Shown in pieces: positions 51,237 through 62,045 of a DNA stretch of 64,000 bases. Positions within the stretch are counted from its first letter, which is position 1; every line of letters starts with the position of its first letter. The DNA is from Podospora anserina. Lineage: Eukaryota. The notes under the pieces are model-generated. The model did no database searches. It was not told where the DNA came from and worked only from the letters and a program-made list of their open reading frames with translations. A program made the position numbers and the translations under genes. Location: NCBI GenBank assembly GCA_017654855.1, contig CM030338.1, positions 2,356,001 through 2,420,000 of the forward strand, given 5' to 3'.

Positions 51237-54200
51237 CTACTTATTCCCCGTCCCACCCCTCAACCACTCCCTCACCACCCCTCGTTTCTTGACCACCTTG
51301 TTTATTACTCCTCCTCCTCCACCACCTTTGATGTCGCCCGTGGCAGTGGCGGGAGTGAGGCCCTCTTGAACAGCATCAATCTCCTCGTATTCTTCCTCGG
51401 TGACTCCAGAGGTATACTCATAGTCAAACCCCATCATCTTCCCCTTCAGATCCCCGACAGGAGTCCCGCTGGTTGGAGAAGGAGTCTGACTCCCCAACCC
51501 CATCCCCGCCTCCCTCATCCTCTCCAACCCCCTCGCCAACGGCCCCACAAACACCGCCTCCCCTTCCTCCTCGATCCCCTTCCTCTTCTGCCACTCCACA
51601 TCCTTGAACCCCTGTTGTCCTCCTCCCGACTCAAACGGCGGAGGCGGACTCACACTCGGCGCGATGGGGGAGTACCCCCCCTCCTCCCCCGGTAGCACAG
51701 CAGCAGAATCCTTCCTCATCATCCCCATCATCAACCCCTTCCTCCACAGCGCCGGAAACCGCCCCTCAAACTCCCTCTCCAACTCCCCCTGCCTCTCCTC
51801 CACCTCCCTGAGTCGTTCCACCTTCCTCCCAGGCACCAGCTCATTCCCCTTACTCCCCTTCCCCTTCCCCTTCCCCCCCCACCCCTCCAACCAGGCCTCA
51901 AACAACCCATCCCTCTCCCTGCCCTCCTCCTCAGTCAAACTCCCCCCTTTCTGCCTCAACCCATCCAGATACTCCTTCGCTTCTTGCGTCATCTTTTCTC
52001 CCGAGATGTACCTATCGAAACTGGCCGAAAACTCCCTGTAATGACCCTTGAGCACAAAACACCTTCCCTTCCACCCCTTTTCCCCGAATTTTTTGCCCAG
52101 CGCCGAGGCAGTCGGGCATTCCCATGGAAATTCTATCACGCGGTCGTAAAAGACCACGCAGCGGCAGGTCGACCACTTGGAGAACGACCGTCGTGATTGG
52201 TCGTCCACAAAGGTGTCTTCTACCATTTCCAGGCTTGCCCAACTGATAAACTTGAGTGGGGCTCGTAAATTGATGGAGTTGTGGATGTGGGACCGTTCGA
52301 AATCGGTGCTGGAGCGCAGGTCAACCAACAAGATCCCCTTGGAGGGGTAAATCTCCAAGAGGCGGTTCAGATGGCCCGGGAGTATCATGTCTGGCTCGTC
52401 ACCCGGGTCGACTGGTTCGCTGGAGGGGAGGCGCAAGGTCTGGAGGTTGGTGTCCAGCCGGTGCTGTTCCCTGCGGTTGTGGAACCAGATCCTGATGTCG
52501 TTCGTTTCCACCCCCAAATGGGAGGCCAAATGCTCAAGGACTGCTAGGTTTGGTTCGGGGTCGCGGTGGAAGTATTCTTCTAGGCGGTGGAGGACGTGTT
52601 TGGCTAGTTGGTGGCCTGGGGGGATTTCTTCGTCCGGCGAAAAAGTGGAGCGTTTGGAGGATTTGGAGCGGTTGAGGATCATTGTTCTGGTTATGTCGGG
52701 GGTGTGATGGGAGGGGGAGGTGAGGGAGGCTGGGCGGGGTTGTTGTTGTTGTTGTTGTTGTTGTTGGCCTGAGAGGGATATGGCTGAGCCCATGTTTCTT
52801 AGGGAGGTGAATAAGCTGCTGGAGGAGGGCTGAGGGGTGAGGACTTGGGAGTAGGGGGTTAAGGGCATGGAATCGGCTCGGTGGGTTGATGTCCAGGGGT
52901 CTGCGGGGATGTTTGGTACGCTGGCCCCGTGGCGGACGGTTTCCATGTTTTCGGTCTGGGCGAGGGTAGATCCGGAATAGGATTCGGCATCGTCCTGGGC
53001 GAGCTCTGGTTGGACTTCACGGCTGAGCTCTGGTTGTACTTCCTGCGTCACGGTGGCAGGGACGCTTGCTTCAGCTGGTGTTGGCTCGGGACTACTCTCT
53101 TTTGGTTCTCGCAACAGGTTGTTTGACCGAATGAATGCCACAAATGAACATGCTGGATCGTCAGGAAGAAAATCCCACACCATCACCGGTAGTGATAGCA
53201 ACAAAAGTGTCGAATGGCTCTTGAAGACGCCTTGCACCTTGACAAACTTCGCCAGCGCAGGAAAGCTTGCCAGCCACTCCTCCCACTTATTCAAATCCAG
53301 CTTCTGGTCATCCTCCAGAGCCAGGGAAATCATCACGTGAGGCTCGTCCTCATTCGGCTCCGAGGCCGTCGGAATCATGTCATCCATCGAGGATGGGAAT
53401 GGCTGGTGCCAGTCCCGACCCGTTGGGACTGAGCTCGATGCCATGCCACGACGGGACTTGGCAGGTTTTGGTGGCACCAGTCGGCATATCTCGATGCTGG
53501 GTGCTTTGTGGTTCGACGTCATCATGAAGTGAACTGGTGTTGATCTCGCCTCGAAGTGTTTGCCGTTGATCAAGATGGGACGTGGATGCTTCAAACGAGC
53601 AAGGACCTCGGCGTGCAGCATCGCGGCCGAGAATGTCTTTCCTCTCCACTCTTCAAGAACCTCGATCAAGGTGTTGGTGAAAGAATATCTTCCCGGATCA
53701 GGGGCGATGGCGTCCCAACTCGAAGCGGAGATGGTCTCGGTGATGCTTTGGCCTGTCGGGAATGTGGCACTGGCTGCTCCGGCACAACAGTCGAGAAGAA
53801 TCAACACATCTGATATTGATCTTTCGAGGAGAGTTTGGATGGCAGACCATTGTAGCCACGGTGAATCATGACGGCGATTACTACAAGAGTTAGTCGAGAG
53901 GGTTGAGGGTCTGATGGCAGAGTCGTAACATACGCGCACCAGGTGCTCTGCCGTGACTCGTCTATCCTGGCATGACCTCCATAGTAGACCACGAATAGTG
54001 TCTGTTCGGATTCGTATTGTTTGACCATGTCGCCAATCCTGAGCATCAACTCCAGGTGAGAGTTCTCAGACGGAATCGAAAAGATGTCGGTCTCGAAGCA
54101 GTAGTGATCCCGGAAGCACTTCTCCAAGTCCTCCAACTCTGGCAAAACAAACAAATCATCGCTCTTCCAGTGAAGCATCAGGGCGTGGACCTTGGTGTAT

Positions 54201-54562
54201 CGCTGGGTAGGGCCTCGGTTTGGGAATGCCCTGCTCGCTGACTGTGATGATCTGTTAGGTTATCTCTCATACCGTTACTATCGCTTACACAAACATACAT
54301 CTTCCAAAGCCTGGGCAAAGCTCTCGAGGTGCTTGACATGGTAGCTAACTCGGCTGATATCATGTGTCGCTGGGGAGCAACTCTCGCTCGATGAACCATA
54401 CTGAATGATGTCAGCGACCATTTTCCCCTCCGTCTCGATGAAGAGGAAAAAAGAGAAACGTACAGCAGAATCAGAGCTGCTGCTTATACTCAGGCTGCTC
54501 TGATCCCGTTCATTGACGGGCTGTCTCGAGCGGATCCTTATAAACTCTGGCGTGGGCTCCAT
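51237..54562 (-). CDS. Caspase-like (C14 fold) + homeodomain + rhodanese/Cdc25-homology protein; exons 54562-54464, 54400-54299, 54241-53934, 53880-51237
   Basis: The spliced frame gives RYTKVHALMLHW, LFVVYYGGHA and VLILLDCC (caspase-like His/Cys motifs), LEEYFHRDPEP...IRIWFHNRRE (homeodomain), and ILLVDLRSSTDFERSHIHNSINL...FVLKGHYREF (rhodanese). Confidence 0.82.
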
Positions 54563-55119
54563 GGTGGAGAGAGAGGCGAATCCCCCGTGGATTCAAGTAA
54601 CCATCAAAATAAGGGGACTGAACCAAATAGCGGAGAAGCTGACTATTGTCGCCTGGAACGATGTATTTACCTCGTCTTGAAGCTATCTATGATTAAGAAT
54701 GATGATTGTAGAAACAACAAGAAGTGGGCAGTTTGAAAGAGGGGCCTTGGAAACGGTCAAATGGTAAAGAGGGATGGAAAAGGTCAGAGATCAAGCATCT
54801 GCCGCACCGCTTATTCAACGACCTATGCTATCAGCCATGTTATGCGCTGTGCTGTGAGTGGGCGTGCTTGAAGGAGAGGCTGAGCAGTTTCGCCGTTGCA
54901 GCCGGTGCCCAAAAGGGGTTAGTGTGGGTGGGCTTCGGTGATGCTTTGGGCAAGGACCATGGGTGGGTCAAGACACCCGAGACAGCCTGTCATTCTGACC
55001 AATCAGATGCTGCCACTTTAGGCTTCTGGGGGCTGTTATTCAACGTCAACTCACGAGTGAACTCACCTATTATCAACCATCAACATCAAAGTCTGTGAGT
55101 AATCAGGAAGACTGTGACC

Positions 55120-56661
55120 ATGAGGGAAAGAATTACGTTTGTGCAAAAGGAGGGTGACTCGATAGAGCCCACAGCCTTGAAAGTCGACGGCAACGGACTG
55201 AAGGGCCCAGAAGTGAAGGCCGTCCGCGAAGACAGGCTGACATTCGCCCTGGATGAGTTGCCTGCGGAACTCAAAGCCTTGTTAGAGGGTGTCAACCAAC
55301 TACACGTCCGATGGGTCAGTCCCGTCGCATATGAGGCTGTTAGTCCATTACTAGCACGTCTTCCTCCTGGCTTCCACCTGTTCTACACTCCTGGCAGTGA
55401 TGCATTGTAAGCTTACCAGTCTTGTATACCCATCCATATACTGTACTAACATGCCCTCAGAATCAACCCCTGCCCCCTCCTCACCAAAGCATTCGGCCTC
55501 GACTCCTGCTCCTCCCCCTCGGACTCCTTCACCACCCTCCCAACCGACCGCTTCACCCACTCCACAACCCACCAATTCTACCAACCCCTCCCCTCCCTCA
55601 AAGCCTTCGCCCACTTCGCCAGATCCCTCCTCTGCCCCCCAGGCTCCCCTTCATCCTGCTCCTCCCGCGTCGGTTCCCTCACCGCAGCCAGCCAACTCGA
55701 CCTCTCCTATGATACAATCTCTCACACCCTCCGCCTAACCTCCCTCTGGCCTTACTCCCCCCAATCCCTATCAGCATCCCTCCTCTCCCCCACCATCCGC
55801 ACCGAAATCGGCATCCTCTCCCAAACCTCCCCCAAAACCCTCGAACCCCACGAAATCGGCATCTCAGGCCTCTTGACCGTCCTAGGGCAATCAACCACCC
55901 CCTCCCCAACATTATTCTCCTTCCCCTCCCGGCACAGGGACTCCTCCTCCTCCTTCCAAGCCCACTTCCTCCCCCCGACAGGCCTCCACCCAACCCTCCA
56001 GCTATCAATCTCCTCCCCTTCACCCCCGGCAAAATCCCCTACTGAAGAAACCTGCCGTTTACACGGGTACTTCACCCTTCCCAAAACCCTCTTCCCTGAT
56101 CGTCACCAGCTCAACGATCCCCTTTTTCTGTCGTCTAAAAACCTGACTGCGGTTCGGTATATCACCCCTGGAATCGACCTCGAAGCACCAGTGTATGTAA
56201 CCTCCACATGGGGCTCTACCCTCCTTCTCGAGCTTGCTCCCCCCCATTCTTCTTCTTCTGGAAAAGAATGGACAGCCGAAATCCCGCTTCATCTACGGTA
56301 TTTGCCTCCCAGTTTAACCGGGTATCAAAAGGCGGAGGTGCCCTACCCGGCATTGTTCTGGGCTTGCACAGCGGAGGAGGGGACGAAATTCCCGGGCAAC
56401 CCCTTTGAGAAGGACAGGGTGGGCTATGATGGGTTGTTTGGGGAGAGGACGGTGTTTTGGCATTTGAATCCCTCGCCCGCGGACGGGAAACTGGTAAACA
56501 CTGTCAAGGTCCCGGTGCTGAACCTGGAAAAGGCAGACTGGGTCGGGACTGTGACCGGGGCCGTGGTGGTGGCTGGGTTTGCGTGGGTGGTGATCAAGTT
56601 GCTTGGGGTCGTGGTGATGGGTGGGAAGAAGGTTGGTGAGGACAAGAAGAAAAAGCAGTGA
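55120..56661 (+). CDS. PBN1: Pbn1/PIG-X, GPI mannosyltransferase I subunit; intron 55407-55460
   Basis: MRERITF, REDRLTF, RLPPGFHLFYTP, PTGLHPTLQL, LPKTLFPDRHQL, DLEAP and IPLHLRYLPP, then a C-terminal TM and a KKKKQ ER-retention-like tail. Confidence 0.88.
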
Positions 56662-56825
56662 GAGGGATTGGATGAGGTAATCATGAGGGACAGAAACAAG
56701 AGAATCATTGCGAGGCTTTCATAGCATGTGATTGATGGATTGATAATACAGACATAATCCGATACCTACCAATCTTATCTCTCGAGATATATTTCAAGAA
56801 CCTTTGCAAGTAGCCAGTTATTTTA

Positions 56826-57233
56826 GAGAGAACCTTTACGGAGCCCCCCATTTATCTTGCAAGTTCCCCACCCACCTGATATAGAATTAACTATATTTTA
56901 AAGGATGATTATTAAGTGTTAAGAAATAATTAATAGGCTTTAAAAATAGTTAAAAGACGGAAAGGATAGTTCAAAGGCCTTAAAAGATACTTAACAGGAC
57001 TTAAAAGATAGTTCAAGGGTCTTGAAGGATAGTTCAAGGGCTTTAAAAGATAGTGTAAAGGCCTTTAAAGATAGTTTACAAGCCTTTAAAGATAGTTTAC
57101 AAGCCTTTAAAGATAATTTAAAGGCCTTTAAACTATCTGAAAGTCCTTTTACTATATTATAAAAAAAGTAAGTAAATAGGTAGGGAGAGGGGCACTGGTA
57201 AGAGAAAATAAGGGGCTCCGTAAAGGTTCTCTC
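56826..57233. mobile_element. Non-autonomous DNA transposon (MITE-like, 408 bp), AT-rich and RIP-like
   Basis: Perfect 22-bp TIR GAGAGAACCTTTACGGAGCCCC (56826-56847) / GGGGCTCCGTAAAGGTTCTCTC (57212-57233), extending imperfectly to ~50 bp. It is flanked by the identical 8-mer TTATTTTA (56818-56825 and 57234-57241). The interior is much more AT-rich than the flanks. Confidence 0.88.
56930..57135. repeat. Degenerate ~21-bp tandem array (AAGGCCTTTAAAGATAGTTTA-like) inside the transposon
   Basis: About 9 diverged copies, e.g. aagcctttaaagatagtttac repeated near 57060-57120. Confidence 0.8.
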
Positions 57234-57536
57234 TTATTTTATCCCAACAGCGTTAGATACCTCCCACAAGAGCAACACACGCAGGCATATATCACAACCA
57301 ACCAGCAAGTTTGAATCACACCAAACACCAAAAAATAATCGTCTCTTGTTTTGGAAAATTGTATACTTCATCTTCCCACCCAAAACGCCGAAAACGTGTA
57401 TTTTACGGCCCCTCTCCCCCTCCCTTTCCTCCACCCAACCAAAACCACTTAAACATACATTGAGCCTGCTACTACTCTGACTAGGTATCCGCTGAAACCT
57501 GTCTGCGTACATAGAATACGAGAAAAAAGAAACATT

Positions 57537-59012
57537 TTAAACACCAAATCCCTGTGAACTCGCTGCTCCCGCCCCCCCTGAACGGCCCTTCGGACCGGTT
57601 ATAGCCCGATGAGTTATCGGCTGCGTCTCCTATTTGCAGTGCTCAGATAAGTCGCGCAGTTTACACTGATCACACGCGATCTGTTCAAAGTACGACCCCC
57701 CTGTACATACAAGATGAGCATCCTGGCATGGATGACAGATCTGATGGCCGGTGGTGGTTTTCCGTTGCTGTGCAGCCGGCTTGTAATCCCTTCGAGGCCT
57801 GTTCAAGACAGGATCATATTTGCACTGATCATGCGTCTGGTGATCTTTACATTGCTTGCATGGGGATTTCCGATCACATGGGATTCCTCCTCCTCTGTCC
57901 GCACATGGGAAACAATACGCGGTAGACTTTGCTTCTTTTTTTTCGTGCGCCACTTCTCTTATATGTTCCCGGAGAAACTTTTCACTTTTGAATCCAGTTT
58001 CGTTCCGGCAATTGGGGAGCGGACAATAATGGCGACCCCCACCCGCTGCGGGAGGCTGATTCCCATCGTGAGGCTGCGAGTTCGGGAGAGGCTGACCTTC
58101 TTCGTGCGCCACATCTTTCATATGTTGCCGGAGATTTTTTTCACTTTTGAATCCAGTTTCGTTCCGGCAATGGGGGAGTGGACAATACTAGCGACCCCCA
58201 CGCCTTGCGGGAGGCTGGTTCCCATCGTGAGGCTGCGAGTCTGGGAAAGGCTGACCTTCGCCGGCAGAGAACCCACTGTTCGAAAAACCATAGTGCGGCA
58301 AATTGTCTTGAGTAAAGAGTTGCGAATCTTCTTCAGGAGGCTGATTGGTTTGAGGAGGCATGACTTCTTCTCGGTATTCATCCTCCCAAAGAGACTGCGA
58401 ATTTTGGGAAGGTTGCCCTTCGTTGGTATCGAACCCACCATCCAAAAATCCAGAGGGTAGCACACCATCATCATCATCATCATCAAGAAAAGACAGATTC
58501 TCCTCAGGAGGCTGATCAACTTGAGAGGGCATGATCTCTTCTCGGCGTTCTTCCCCCCGAAGAGGCTGCGGGTGTTGGGAAGGCTGACCTTCGTCGCCAT
58601 GATTTCCACTAGTCGCCCAACGATAGTACTCGAAATTGGCTTCATTTTGCAAAAACGGATCCTGATCGGGAGGCGCGTCGGCATATGGCCGCCAGATTAT
58701 GTTATCATCTGGCCCACTGGTCAAGAAACGACAGGGCGACTCAGATATAGGCGCATCTTCTCTAGGGGGCCGATCCTTCTTGGCAGACTGCTAGTCTTTG
58801 AAAAGCTCATTTTCGTCCTCAGACACCATACTCTGAAAATCAACGGACGTTTCCAGCCACGGCGCCCCAGGAACCTGAGCGGAGTACACCAAAACGGAAC
58901 GATTTCGTACGGGCTTGGCTTCTCGGAATAACATCCGAAAGATCCACGGATCCAATCCCCGACCGGTTGACAATCGTCCAGGAAATAAATCCCTTCCAGG
59001 CTGACCTTGGCT
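57537..59012 (-). CDS. In-frame C-terminal continuation of SNF5 (2x C2H2 + 2x Zn2Cys6-like), interrupted by TAG at 58793-58791, 58190-58188 and 57632-57630; candidate A-to-I-edited extension, alternatively a pseudogene
   Basis: ORF-track pieces 58791..58973, 58188..58724 and 57630..58121 all share the frame of the SNF5 last exon (59013..59369). The gaps between them contain no stop, and the first non-TAG stop is TAA at 57539-57537. Confidence 0.65.
57942..58259. repeat. 159-bp tandem duplication, each copy encoding a C2H2 finger on the - strand
   Basis: 57942-58100 and 58101-58259 both begin ttcgtgcgccac and end ggctgaccttc. They translate as HYCPLPNC..FKSEKFLREHIREVAH and *YCPLPHC..FKSEKNLRQHMKDVAH. 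Confidence 0.92.
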
Positions 59013-61416
59013 CTAGGAAGTCCGCGTATGATTCGGATTCAAGGCGGGTATGACGATCCCCGTCCCTCCAGCTGGCGCCCCACTACCGGCCCCAACACTC
59101 GGACTCCTCCCATCTCCCACCACTGGCAGCCCGCCGCCTCCGGCCAGCCTCGCCCTGACCCTCTCCTGATGCGTGTTGTTCTTCCTCAGATGCACCTCAA
59201 AGCCCTTGACCGTGTGCTCCGGACCAACGGTATAACTCTTGCCCGGACAGTCTGCACACTTGATCCTAGGCAAGAATACGTATTTTGTCGTGGGCAAGGC
59301 CATCTGTTCCGGGGTGAGAGGCAAAGGCATCGAGTTCCCTGTTTCGGAGTTGATGGCAAAGTACCGCATTGTAGAGTCAAAGATGTCGTTGGGGTAATCG
59401 CGGCGAAGCTCATCGAGACAGGCTGTGAGCCACGCTGGTGGTGGTGGCTAAGGGCAGGGTATGAGTACCTAGCCAACACGGGCTCGAAGTGGGACAAGGG
59501 GTCAAACTTACGGCTGCAATCTTGGGTTGTGTGCCATCCGGGTTCGGTGGTGGAGCCGGAATGCCATCTTGCTGGTTCTGAACATTAGGGACCACGGCGC
59601 CGCCTGCTGCTGATGGCGTTGACGGTGGGCCCATCGAACCCGCCACGCCCGGAGCTCGTAGGTGAGCAGGCGTTGGTGTAGCTGAGCCTAGCGCTGCCAG
59701 CGGCCTCGGCTTGTACTCCCGCATAAACTTCCTAAGTCGAGCCGGGTTGACACGCAGAGTGATCATGTATTGTTGTGGCACATCTTCTGTCTGCTCCCTG
59801 GTGGCCTCCCGGCCATACCGCCGAGACGTTCGGGTCTCGTGGTGGTGGATGACAGCCTCAGGGGTCTCGGATCGGCCAATATTGGCCATGCGCTGGGCAG
59901 CTGCCGTGGCGGCGCCGCGCATACCCCTGGTTCTGGCGGTCCCTTGAAGCTGAGACACGGCCGGTGAATCAGGATCAGACTCGTCACTGTCTTCCGAGTC
60001 TGAAAGGTCGACACCATCTCTGAGTGTTCTCTTGCCTCCCCTGCCAGCCCCAACACCAGTGGCGCGCTTGAACAGCCGGCTTTCCTCAATGTTTAGAGCT
60101 GCACCGGGCAGCACCGAGGATACGATCGAAGTTCGGATGGTCCTTTGCCTTTCCTTAAGATCCGGCAACTGAGGCCCACCACGTCTGTTGGTAGAACGCT
60201 TCTGTCGCCTCTGCTCACGTGAGAACATGTTTTCGGTTCGTTCCAGTTCGGCCTCGGTATTCTCGTACAAGTACGGTGCGTAGTCCTTGGCTTGTTGTTG
60301 AGGTCGGAACACAGATGGAAGGGGTGTAGGCAAGAAGGCAGCAAGGAGGTCTGGATCCTCGATTGGCCGGCCGTCGAATGGATGGCCCACACTGTACAGA
60401 CTGCGCGTGAAGAGCTGGACCTGTTCCCTGATGCAGTGAGCAATGGCGGTTGTGAACTCGCCCGACAGAGAGAGGTCCCGGGCCATGCAAGCAGCAAATT
60501 CCTCGGGCGAGTTCAGGGGGTTGTTGAGCTCCCATTCAAATTGGTCCACAAGCGTGTGTGCCCCAATGGTGATGTTGAGTTTGATCAGGATGCGCATCTC
60601 GTCATTCTTGTATGCCGAATAGGGGAGCTCGGGGTCGAGGGCTTCCTCTTCCGAGTGGACGAAGGGGAAAAAATCCTGGAGCTGTTCCGTCATCTGGGCA
60701 ACCACTTGGTCATAGACAGGTTTGGCCAGAGGCGGTTCGAGGCCCATGTCTTCGACCAGTTCGGCGGCAAAGTGTTCGACTGACACGAGGCGCTCATAGA
60801 GGTTGAAGGTAAAGGTATCCCGGAGCTTGATTCTGTCGTAGTCCACATCTATCCGGACGGGAACCAGTTCTTCAGGCTGCTCTGCCTGCTTCTTGATCTG
60901 GGACTTTGTGAACTTGACAGGTGGCGTGGCCCTGCGACCGGGGCGACGCCTCTGGGAGGGATATATGAGCTTGGTAGTCCCGCCATTCTCCGTGTAGCCG
61001 TTGCCATAACCGCGGTAGCCTTCACCATATAACCTAGCCGGATACTGGTGATAGAACTCCTTGTAGGTCTTGAAGTCACTGGTGCGCGCAAGCACATCCT
61101 TGGTAGTCTTTTCGAGCCGTATTTGATCTTCGCCGAGAAGAGAAGAATGAACCCAGTCGCGTGTCTGGAAGCGGTCCACCATGACTCTTGTGAAGCTGTC
61201 CTTGTCGCGTATGGGGAGCGCCGCATCCCCATCCTCGGGCTCGGGGCTTGTGGCAGAGGATTTAGTTGGGCCATCGGCAGGTGTGGATGCAGAAGGCTGG
61301 TGGGAAGATGATGGGCCGTCGACCTGGACGTCGGTGTCAGGGGGGAGGTCGGCGGCAGTGGTCGACGTGGACGACGTGCCCAGTGCTGGTGGTGCTGACC
61401 CTTGGAGAGCAGCCAT
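59013..61416 (-). CDS. SNF5: SWI/SNF chromatin-remodelling core subunit Snf5; exons 61416-59512, 59447-59013 (start approximate)
   Basis: Two SNF5 repeats (EELVPVRIDVD..KLRDTFTFN..FAAELVED; EMRILIKLNITIG..LVDQFEWE..PEEFA..GEFTTAIAHCIREQ). The last exon reads PPPPAWL..PRIKCADCPGKSY..FEVHL and ends at TAG 59015-59013. Confidence 0.92.
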
Positions 61417-62045
61417 TGCCGCGAGGTAGCGGGTATGTTTCGTATGTGTCTGCTGGATATGGTGGAATAGAGGGAATTCGATGGGGTACGTTAGCAAATA
61501 GTGGCTAGGAGGGGTGCAGCCTTGTTGCTGTGTTGCGTATCAATGGACTGTCGTTGAGCGTGAATGGTGAAGTGAAGCAAAGCAAATTGCAAGGCTGCTG
61601 CTGCTGCTGGCTTCAGATCAATGGGCGCCAGAGAGATGCGAAAGTGCAAGAAACGGCGAGGCGCGCGTCGCAGCAGGAGCCAATGGGACGCGAGAAGGTA
61701 GCGTCAAGGAGCTCAAGAGTATCAGGTACTTCTATCCTAAGTATAGATCAGGTGAAAAACAGGGTAGCCAGTACTTTATTGCAATCAAGGTAGCAATGTG
61801 GCCCGTGCCTACCACTCAGAAGCCCAGAAGGAGGTCATAACGTGGTGGGGTGCAGCGACGAGCGAAGGCACAAATGCAAAGAAGAACCCCGCCTTCACAA
61901 AATCAAGCAACCGCAACAGGCTCAAAATCGTCACGCCCCGCCAGCCGCCTTGATTGTTTGCTCTCCCCCCCCTTCCTCCCCTCGCTCAGTACTATTTTGT
62001 TTATTTCCCCGACTGTCCACCGCTCGTTCGAGTCCAGCCGCCAAA

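Noticed and set aside
7819-56661. GPI13, PBN1 and a GPI-anchored protease in one window as a 'GPI cluster'
   Set aside because: They are separated by many unrelated housekeeping genes over ~45 kb, so coincidence is the simpler reading.
56930-57135. Regular ~21-bp repeats resembling a CRISPR-like array
   Set aside because: They are head-to-tail degenerate repeats with no unique spacers, inside a TIR element in a eukaryote.
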